From contig KZ538417.1 in the NCBI GenBank assembly GCA_000934665.2, positions 59,728-79,727 of the forward strand: DNA of 20,000 nt. Direction: 5' to 3'. How positions within the stretch are numbered: position 1 is the first letter of the stretch; each line of letters begins with the position of its first letter. Shown piece after piece: positions 9,767 through 19,110 of the stretch. This DNA comes from Catajapyx aquilonaris. Taxonomy: Eukaryota. The position numbers were made by a program, and so were the translations under genes. The notes below the pieces were generated by a model. It was not told the origin of the DNA. It did not search any database and worked only from the letters and a program-made list of their open reading frames with translations.

Positions 9767-11013
9767 TTTTACATGTTGGTTTTTCGACATTTTGTGCCTC
9801 TACATTTTAGACTCGTTTCGGTCATATTTATCAAATGATCCTGCTCCCCCGAGTTTCTTACTTGCAAGAAAGCTCCCTCAGCTGACAAAGGCCCCGTTTT
9901 TGGTGGGTCCAGCAGGCACAGCTTCCGTCCCGACTAATTCACCATCACCCTGTAAAAGCCGCAAGGGTAAGTGCAGCATGGGGTTGAGTAACGAGCTGGG
10001 TCCGCAGTCCCTGCCGCGAGTCCAACCGAATGAAAAGCGACAAGTGCTTGAGCAGGTGAGAAAGTGTGTGGTGGCTGCTCAAGATATAAAGACAAGCGTA
10101 GGAGGCGCCTTAGAGAAACCCGGGGTAGGGGGGGGGGGCAGCCTTTTAGAAAGTGTTAGCTTTTGGCTTGAGGAGCAATCTGCAAGGCCAATCCGTCCTG
10201 CGGCCATGTTTCTGCTAAGTGAGGGCCAGATGTTGCCACCAACTTACAGGGACTCCTTTCTCTGGGAGTCGAGCAAGGGGCTTGGAAACCCCCCACAGAC
10301 ACATCCGGATAGACTTGTAACCTAAACTCTCTCTCTCCAAAGCGCGTCATTTGCACTGTCAGAAAGTTTTCCCTCGACAGCAACAGTTTGGCAAATATCC
10401 TCAGCTGTCGTGTGAAAGGGAAAGGGGGCAGTAATCAGCATTGTGCCAGTTGACATTTTGTGTAAATCCATTTTTTTTGGGAGGGGTGTCTGATGTCTGC
10501 CAGTGCGAATTTAAGCGTTTTTTTAAAAAGGGGGTCGGGCTGTAAGTGTTGACAAGCGCAGATTCATCTGTCTGCTGTGTGTGTATTGAAACAGGTTGCT
10601 TTGTTGAATATTTTAAAGCGGACAGTCGTTGGGCTTTTGTTGCAGCAGGCCATTTGTTATAATTTGCCTGGGCCGGATAGGGGAAGGTTGGTGATGATTA
10701 ATTTTTATTTTTTCAAAAAAAGTAGCCGCTCTGGGATAATTAAAGCTCGAGACCGTCCACACTGTGAGTTTAGTCTCATACAATGTCAGTGTGCAATGTG
10801 GATATTTTTGACGGTTTAAATAGTAAGTCATTGGCAGTAAATATTTTGCCAAAAGGCATTTTCAATCTACACTTGCACATCAATATATTCGAAATAGCAG
10901 TAATCGTTTGTTGGTTTTATATAACGATGGAGTGGGTAGATGAAGGAGGGTGGAAGGGTCGAGATGTGTACTCATCGACCTCCAGCAAACGACTGAGGAG
11001 TTCCTCCACCCAT

Positions 11014-11060
11014 TGCGCATGCGCGGATAGTCGCGGTAACAACAATATGCGGCCAATCGG
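11014..11060. promoter_or_regulatory. Motif cluster: NRF1-type TGCGCATGCGC, RFX-like half site GGTAAC, NF-Y CCAAT box
   Basis: TGCGCATGCGC at 11014-11024, GGTAAC at 11035-11040 and GGCCAATCGG at 11051-11060 lie in a locally CpG-rich patch. This is a motif match only. Confidence 0.3.
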
Positions 11061-12218
11061 AATGCACAACCACACAACGAAGGATTTTAATCTGATAGAT
11101 GCCCGATTTTTTCCCCGCAAAATATTTTGAAGCATTGCCTGATGTAGCTTCTGGGACATTCACTTCAAAAAGCGTCAAAAAGTCACTTGTTAAGTAATTA
11201 TTTTTTTGAACTAATTGACGTCGTTAATTAAACTGCCCCTAAGTTTGACGTTTCAACATTATATGCATAACTAGTTCTGCTATATTTTAGCAGACTTTCA
11301 AAACTTTTTTTTTGCTATTTTTGCCTGCCAGTCGCACAACCCACTCTATTCTCATGTACATGTCGCAGCCCTTGACGCACAAACTGTAAATACAGACAGG
11401 GTAAGCCCCGTCATAATTGCTGAAAGTTCAGTTAATAATATTTTCATGCTAAAATGACGGGTTTTTTTTTTCCCTCCCCTGCTCTTCTAATCCGCCCTTT
11501 TCACTCTAAAACCTCCAATCTCTATTGAAGTTACCGTGTAATCCGTCTCTTCAAAGCGGATTCGTATATACAGTACGAGGAAACAGGTCTCTTGTAGAGC
11601 TGCAGACTATCTTTTCTGGCTCGTTCTCTCAAAGGCAGAGTGACGTGTGCTCAACTATTTTGGCGTGAAAAGCAAGCTCGCAATTTTTTTTTTAAAGCGA
11701 GGCATGGGCTTGCTGGTGGATGAGGACTGGAAGGTATAGTACAGTGCATATGCGAGCAGTGTACTAAGCCTGTCGGCCATTGGAAAGCCATTTCCAGCAG
11801 CCAGCAAGATTGGATTCTCGCCACTAAATTGCGGGTCGGTGCCAACACTGCGAGTTGCACCAAAACAGGCATAATGAAAGGAGAGGAGGGGGAGGGGGTT
11901 GTATCGGAGGGGGTGAGCCCAAAATTCTATTGGAAAAGTTTTAAACTCTGGTCCTAAAGCGGCTTATGGTGACCACTTTCCATGCAGTACAAGATAAGGT
12001 GCGACTCGCATTGAGCGATGTGGTTGGTAATGAATGATTAATGAATTATTGATTACAATGTCTAGCGTACTATATAAGACACTACTTGTGCAGTCGTTAG
12101 ATTTTTAGCTATTGTATTATCAATGAATTATTTTACCAGCGCAACCTAGTGCTCACCCACACTCGCGCAGCTACACTGATGTGACAACAACGTTGCTAGA
12201 GTTACTCCCCAGGGGTCT

Positions 12219-12505
12219 ATGAGGTTCGTTCCAGAGCTTTTAATGTCGGCCATTTTGTTATCCTACAACCCTAAAAGTATGACCAGGTTCAGAAAGAGAC
12301 GTGACGTATGATGACGTTTCATGAAGCACCAATCAGAGGCACGATTCCTGCTGCCCAATGATCTTCAAGTATCTCATCTGATCGTGCCTCTTATTGGCGC
12401 TTGATGAAACGCCATCATACGTCACGTCCCTTTCTGAAAGTTGTTTTACTATAGCGTTGGAAATACTGAAATACAGAGCAGCACACCCACTCTAGAGAAC
12501 TTAAT
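12219..12505. mobile_element. Foldback/palindromic MITE-like element with 58-bp near-perfect inverted core
   Basis: Arms at 12288-12345 and 12381-12438 are 53/58 complementary around a 35-nt spacer. Weaker symmetry continues outward (CAACCCTAAAAGTA vs rc CAACGCTATAGTA; AGGTTCGTTCCAGAG vs rc AAGTTCTCTAGAG) at near-equal distance from the centre. Outer limits are approximate. Confidence 0.7.
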
Positions 12506-13007
12506 AGCAACTATCATTCATAATTCCAATCATGGACTTGGGGCGAACTGTGGGTCGTTTGCGTTCGTAAAAAATGCATATAGTTCAATTACTAATGAAA
12601 ATAAAATATATATTTATAAATAAACCAAAAATCATTCAGGCATAATATCTGGGTTGCAATGGCAATCAATTTTATCATGAAAATGGCTTCGATTCGTTTT
12701 GAGGAGATCCGAGAGTCGCTGAACATTTTGCGAAAGAGCAGAAAATCATCCTGTAATATTCCTCCATTGGTTGGTCTGATCTGAATGCGATTTTCCCTTC
12801 CCAGTTTATATCCACTGCCAAGTCCGGACACATTTAAAATTTGCGAAGAGCAATAACATTATTGGGAACCGTTGGCCTAACCAATCAAGCAATCCCATCT
12901 CTGAGAATGGAAAAGATGGGAAGTCCGCGAATGTGAATTTTGCTATTTACTGGCGGCACAAGGAAGCCGTAAAGGTCCTCCTTTTATGGCCGGCTTTTTT
13001 CATAGAT

Positions 13008-13041
13008 GGGGGGAGGGGGGGGGGGGGGGNNNGGGGGGGGG
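13008..13041. repeat. Poly-G tract containing a 3-nt assembly ambiguity (NNN 13030-13032)
   Basis: Read directly. The true length is uncertain because of the Ns. Confidence 0.9.
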
Positions 13042-14635
13042 AAGGCCTCTCGCTTCATTTCTTCTTCTTTTTTTATCCTTCTTTAGGGGAGGGGGGGATG
13101 ATCCAAGACCCAAGAGACTCCGTCTTGGCATCGCCTCCGCTCTATTCACTTATTCAAATAAACTTAAGAGGATTTCACGGCTAAAGCAGCAAACGGCTAC
13201 ACCCAAGTTTTATAATTCTTGTTGGCAGCGGCATTAAGACTAAGGAGAACTCAAATATTTCACCGGGGCAAAGGGAAGCCCCCTGCGGGCGTGGAAAACT
13301 ACACTGCAAACTGCTATACTTATGATCTAAGAAGAAAGAGAGAGAAAAAAAAGGGGGGCAGAAAAAGAGCAAAAATCTGTGTGGCCTGCGAGAGGGGAAA
13401 AAAATCCAGAAGAAAAATCTGTAATATGGTTCAGCTGGAGTGAGCCGAAAAATTATAACCGCCCATTGTTATGGGAGACACTACTTGTTGTTTATGTGAG
13501 CAGTTGAGCAATGGTCACCAATTTTCCATGGCTATTAACAGATTGCAAGAGCCTGTTTTTGAGTGTTTTTTTTGCTTCAAATAATTGTGTGAGCCTAGTG
13601 TGACACGCTTCTGATGGCAGCCCAATAGCGCGAGGCACAATAATGGCATTACCCCTCCAACAATAGCAGCGCAAACCGTTTATAAAACCGGTTGGAGCTG
13701 CAGTATTAATCTATTAACTAATTGAGGGCAAACGTGAGCCCGATAAATTGTATCGAGCACTCCGATATATATATAGCAATGCTGATCAAAGCGACGATCC
13801 TGTCTCATGAAACATTAGGGTATATGACATTATTATTTGCAACCCCTGACAGCAGTAGTGAAGAAACTATTTTTAATTAATTAATCTGTCAATTAATATC
13901 ATAAGTTCATTCGTGTCGGTTTCACAGAAAGACTTTATGTTTGTTCCTTCCCGAGAGCCATTTAGAGTTGAATCTGCAGGCAATTAGTCCCCGGACGGAG
14001 ACATCCTCAAGCCAGCTAATAATCATTATTGGATTCATTAGTGACGAATTTGGGCGCCTTTGACAAGCAAGGCAGCCCGAGTCCTCCGGATTCCGCATCC
14101 GGAAGGCTGCTCACGAGCCAAGGTCGGCACTTGACTCCGACAAAGCCTCCACTTTTCCATCACCTCGCCGCTATTAATCCTAATCTGGGGCGCAATGTTT
14201 GATCATTACCCAGTCCCCAAATTGCAGGAAGGAAGGGGGGGAGGGCCTTCTTCTCAATTAAGCCTAAAGGGATCGGGGCTGACTTTTGGGTTCCTGAGAA
14301 AGGATCTTCAGGACATTTAGTGCGTGTGACACCTTGACTTTTGGATGCTCCCAAGAGGATCTGTTCCCCCCCATCTTATGTGGGGCCTGCTTCAAACTCG
14401 TAAAACACACCCAAATCTAATCTCCTACATCTAATCTGATGTGGCCCTAACGACTGCTTTACTTTCAGGGATGGCCTAATAAAAGCCTTTTATTTCCAAC
14501 CCCTAGCCGCTGGCTAATGGAAATTCAGCCCTCATCCGGGAAAAGTTTAAGGTCCGGAATTTCCAATTGTCTCTCACCTCTGCGCAAGATCTAGTCGTCT
14601 CTATTGTCAAATTACAGCTCAATGTGCACTCTGGA

Positions 14636-14667
14636 CGTAGTACCAAATCGTTCACATAGATGGCGCA
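14636..14667 (+). promoter_or_regulatory. Bipartite CTCF-like binding site (upstream motif + AGATGGCGC core), copy 1
   Basis: CGTAGTACC-aaatc-GTTCACATAGATGGCGCA is 26/32 identical to 17130-17161 with identical spacing. Confidence 0.55.
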
Positions 14668-14936
14668 TCATCGTGGACAAACAGAGGCCTGCTCTATATG
14701 CGATGAGTATATGTGTATGGATCCTCCCAGCATCCCATGGACCAAGCCCAGCTTTGAGCTTTGAGCTGAGACACGCACTGTGGCTTTCTGTTTACCTCTT
14801 TCCCCTGGACCCCCTTAGCCGTGGGAATGCTGCTTCCAAGCCTTGTAATCAATACAAGGCTTTTCCCTACCCCATCCCCTGGCTTGCATTCGAGTCATGC
14901 GGGGGATAGGAAGCTTGTATCGGGCCTGCATTGAAA

Positions 14937-14951
14937 GTGTGTGTGTGTGTG
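14937..14951 (+). repeat. (GT)7 microsatellite
   Basis: Read directly. Confidence 0.9.
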
Positions 14952-15003
14952 CGACGAACTAACCTATACATTACACAAGAAGACATTCATATTACATAAT
15001 ACA

Positions 15004-15527
15004 ACTTACATTAATAAAGCAGAAAGTTTGTCTGTTTGTGTATGTCCGGGCTACCTAACTAAGACTAAGAATGATAAAACTTGCACATTAATGGCTTATA
15101 CAGCTGACACAGGGAAATGTTTTAAAGTCTGAATACCTCATATTTCGGATATTTTTCCCATCAAATCAGACTACTAATTCCCTTATTCTGTCTGTCTGCT
15201 TATATGATGCCCCTGTTGACTCATCGCCTACAGCTGGCCTACAGGTAGTAGTTACCATAGCTTTCACTTTCCCCGTTCAACAATTAGAGGTCATATAGCG
15301 GCCAGATAGGGTGGGACCCTATGGAGGCGAGACACGTACTGGTGGGCTTTGTCCTAGGGGTGACTCATCACCAACGTGCATGTAGTACTAATTTTTCCCT
15401 GAGAATGGCAGGAGTGTGCAGAGGGACAGCCTGTGCGCCAACTGGTAGTGGCTTATCGTACTATGTCCAAGTTGTGGGGGATGGGTCAGGCAGTGTTGCC
15501 AAAATTTGGCAACGGGTCCGCTACTAG
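15004..15527 (+). mobile_element. Non-autonomous Helitron-like (rolling-circle) element, ~520 bp
   Basis: At the 3' end, the hairpin GTTGCCAAA-A-TTTGGCAAC (15495-15513) is followed by 10 nt, CTAG (15524-15527) and T. The 5' end (a)CTTACATTAATAAAGCAGAAAGTTTGTCTGTTTGTGTATGTCC resembles the TC...ATAAA..GAAAGTTTGT(N-TGT)n start of non-autonomous invertebrate Helitrons, but the terminal TC reads AC. No TSD, TIR or transposase ORF is present. Confidence 0.7.
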
Positions 15528-16012
15528 TATGCACTATAGAGAAAAGAGCTAAAGGCCAGATGTTGGTTATGCAGGGTTCGTCCGTCATAAGCGCTGGATG
15601 ATGCGTGCGGTAGATAAAAATCCAATATCGGAGCAGCCTTTGGCCGATACACGTCTGTTAGCGCGGGTTATCAAACCCTTTGTCTTGGTCCCCGTCGACC
15701 CAAAGGCAGGGGGGCCCCCTCGGTTGAAAGAAAGGAAAAAAAAAAATACACCATAAGTTTCGAGTTCCCTCCGCCCTTTTCCTCCCCCCCCCCCCCTCCA
15801 AGTCTCCCTTGGCTTTAAATGAGAATGTGACTCTCCATCCGATTTCCAAGACACGTAGCCCGGAAATTGACGGCCATCAATTCCGCCCAGTTGATCGCGA
15901 GAAGCGGTGAAATCTCAGATTGGAGTCGAGTCCGCACGCAGGCACCCGGATCACTGCCTGGCGATCCGGACTGCCAAGCTCCATTCTCATTTCCAACCCT
16001 TCCCTATAATAC

Positions 16013-16028
16013 TATATATATATATATA
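16013..16028. repeat. (TA)8 microsatellite
   Basis: Read directly. Confidence 0.9.
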
Positions 16029-17129
16029 CACTCATACTACATATAGACGAATCTATACGATTTTTTTAAAACAAAATAATTCCGGATTGGTGCAATTTTC
16101 TAATTAAGTGTACGTCACTACTGCTTTTCATTTGCACGTTAATTGCTGAATATTTGCATAATGTGAAAGAGGATATAGTAAGGGAGGGGAAAAAAAAAGT
16201 AATTTGGCGGCGTGCTTCATGAAAAGTGCAAGTACTTGGGCTTGTAATCAGCGGAAGGAAGTGTGTAAAGCATCGCTTTAATAAGCAAGGCGACGTCCTC
16301 TGCCAGCCTGCAATAGCCTATCCGGAGGAGCCAATTTCTTAGAATCACGGCACCAGGGGTTAATAAGAAGGCCAACTTGCAGTACAGTACAGCTCAGACG
16401 AAATTGTTAGCACCAGCAAAGATTGCGAGTAATTACACTAGTTGCGAGTAGTTCATACACATCAATCAATTGAACTCTTCAGGGGGGGGAAAAGCACACA
16501 GCGGAACAACTTTTTTTTTAAATTGAGTAACACGAGGGGCTTATATGTTCCAAAATCCGGAATTAACAACTAAAATCATAATGTAGGCTATAAACATGAT
16601 GGTCCTCGTTTAATTGGGTAAACGTCGCGAACTATTTAAAACGAGTAATTCATGTTACCAACCGCCATTCAGTGCCATTAATATCAACATGGGCATCACG
16701 AGTGCAATTATATCACTTAATTAATCATCAAGTACTAATGTTACAGGGTGAAAATCTGTTAATTCCGGGGTTTAATGTAGCACTGGGAGAGTGGACTGTC
16801 ACATTGTACACACAAACACAGCAATGAGCGTCTGATTCAATCTGCTTGTACATGTTTTATAAATTAATTGGGTTTGAGTTGTGTTATTAAATAATATTCC
16901 AATATTTGCTATACGAAACCTGACAACACTGCCAAACGGTTAGGATTGAATCTGGATATATCGGCTGATTTCTTTGGTACTGACTAATTTACGGGTGGGC
17001 TAATTTTGCATCTTTGTGGATAGTTTCATTAATAAATAATAAATAAATATTCGTTGCAAAAGTGTCGATTTGGCTCTAACAAACATACTTTTCCCCTGTC
17101 CCTTTAAGTATGTTATATCCGTAGTCAAC

Positions 17130-17161
17130 TGCAGTACCAACTGTCTCACATAGATGGCGCA
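17130..17161 (+). promoter_or_regulatory. Bipartite CTCF-like binding site (upstream motif + AGATGGCGC core), copy 2
   Basis: In TGCAGTACC-aactg-TCTCACATAGATGGCGCA, TGCAGTACC matches the CTCF upstream (ZF9-11) motif at the 5-bp spacer and TAGATGGCGC matches the core. Confidence 0.6.
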
Positions 17162-19065
17162 CACTACTGATGACTCACCGCGGACAAAGGACCTGAATGA
17201 CCTTATGCTGCATTTTTTTAACAAACTGTGACCTCTAGGCCACAAAAGGTCACGGTTAATTTGTAATTCATTGCGATCCGGCGGAAGTGGCCTGCAAAAT
17301 GGAGTGTAGCACCCGGAGGCTCATATATTTCTGGTGCTGGCTGGTTGGAGTTGGGGGGTTGGGTTGGGAAAGGTGTGGGGGGTGGAGGAGAAGCATTAGG
17401 GAATAGGGAAATAGCATTACACACGGGAGGAAAAGCAGGCCTCGTGTTCCCCGCCATTCAAGTGATGCTTTATGGCCGTCACGCTCATTTTTATTAGCCT
17501 AGAGTGGAACAAGCTGGATGAAAATGGAATATTTTTTTTTCTTCTTGGTCTGCTGTGTGTGTGTACGGAAAAGTCTGCGGTGCGCGTGTAAAAAGCTATA
17601 GTTGCGGAATGTAAGAAAAAATGTGTGACGTCAGGTTGACACAATAAAATGCAGAAATATTTATGTACATTTATCATAAAAAATATGAACATTTCACGCC
17701 ACATAGCATCAGTTTCAGCACTATCAGTAGTCCAGAAGTTGGTTATGTAATCCGGACAAACCCACAAACTTTCCTGTTTATACAGTACTATTATAAGATT
17801 GTGATTATATGCGTTCCACTGCCTTGTTTTTAGTGCGGCACTTGCGAAATCGAGTTTGGAATTGACCAATTGGGTATTAAATGCAGGTCTCTCTCTTTCT
17901 TTCTTTTTTGTACAGTCGTCTTGAGCTTGTCCTGTGGAGAAATGTAGCTCTGAGGCGGGTTTAGGAGCCAGACAAATAAATTTAGTTCCGTCCGATAAGG
18001 CAGGAGTTATTGGACTTGGGACTGACATTGTTTGCAAGGGACTATCTTTATTGCCTGGCGATAGGCAACTAGGAATATGTCGCTAAGCTTAGCTCGGTTA
18101 GCCGGCAGCAGGGCTTCTCTTTTTCTCTGGGAAAGTTGTAAGACCGTCAGTGATTCGTCAACTGCAACTGCCAATATACAGTACAATGCAAAACGGAAAA
18201 TATTTAGTCGAAAAATAATTACGACCAAGATTTTTTTTGTGTAAGTTCGTAAGAGCAATATTTGCAGCACTGATTATAATTCACTAATATAATAGGGCAG
18301 CTCTTTTCAATAGCCTCGGTCACTATAGAACTCTTCGTAAACACAATTTTCCGAAAAATAATAGCCGACTATGTACCGCAGATGAACATGTGATTAGATG
18401 CTCAAACTTGGCTTTGAGGTGGGATGGCAAACATATTTTTTTTTCATCCTTAAAAAAAAAAAACACGGACGAAATTCGCTAATGAAGTCCGGTAATTACT
18501 CAAAGCAAGAGTCGTTAGTATGGAAATTTCTGTGTTTCACCGGGAACGATCCTTTTGATAATGGTTGATAAAAAAAGTTGGACGGAAAAGTTTTTTTTGT
18601 TTTTTTTTTGGGGGGGGGAGGGTAAAAAACAGAGCAATGCTCATTACCAGCTACCGGGCGCCTTTGATATTTCATTTTTGGGTCTTTCAACACTGCCTGA
18701 AGCTTGGCTTGTAGGTAAATTCAGCGGACATTAACCGCAATAATTTTGCAGGTTAAAAAACACAGCTTGAATGCGGCACAATTATTTTTCCTGTAGGAAC
18801 TACTACCCGTTTAGCTTTACCATTTTTGACTTACTGCTGAGAATTGATTGTATGCATTCCAAATGATCACAAAATGTTGTGCGAATTCTGCGCATTTCTC
18901 GATTTATAGTCGTCAACGTTCTGAAAAATTGTTGTGAAAAAAAATATGGGAAGAGGAAGCGTGTTTGGCGATTCGGAAGCACCCTGAGGAAAACCTGCGA
19001 AGGAATTTTCTTTGATCTCTTCCTCTTCGGGTCCTGGAATCAACCTGGCGGAAGAGTATGCGTCT

Positions 19066-19110
19066 CCGATCCTTTCCGAACCCCACCGAACTGAACCGAA
19101 CCGTGCCAAA
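19066..19110. repeat. Degenerate pentamer array (CCGAA)9
   Basis: The units ccgat ccttt ccgaa cccca ccgaa ctgaa ccgaa ccgtg ccaaa keep strict 5-bp phase. Confidence 0.6.

Noticed and set aside
11581..11640. Loose resemblance to Hox-cluster miRNA hairpins (miR-10/miR-993 type)
   Set aside because: Neither mature sequence nor seed matches, and pairing is poor.
16100..16900. Apparent excess of TAAT/ATTA homeodomain cores, plus one TGATTGAT (minus strand, 16461-16468) and an octamer ATTTGCAT
   Set aside because: About 20 cores counted against roughly 15 expected at this AT content, so not convincingly enriched.
17168..17200. CTGATGA as a hammerhead ribozyme core or C/D snoRNA box
   Set aside because: No stem II followed by GAAA, and no convincing terminal stem or partner box.
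17353..17382. G-quadruplex-like GGGGGG-TT-GGG-TT-GGG-n8-GGGGGG
   Set aside because: G runs are common throughout the window and nothing marks this one as functional.
17417..18037. 206-aa minus-strand ORF
   Set aside because: Non-ATG start, F/K/I-rich stretches from homopolymers, and no recognisable domain.
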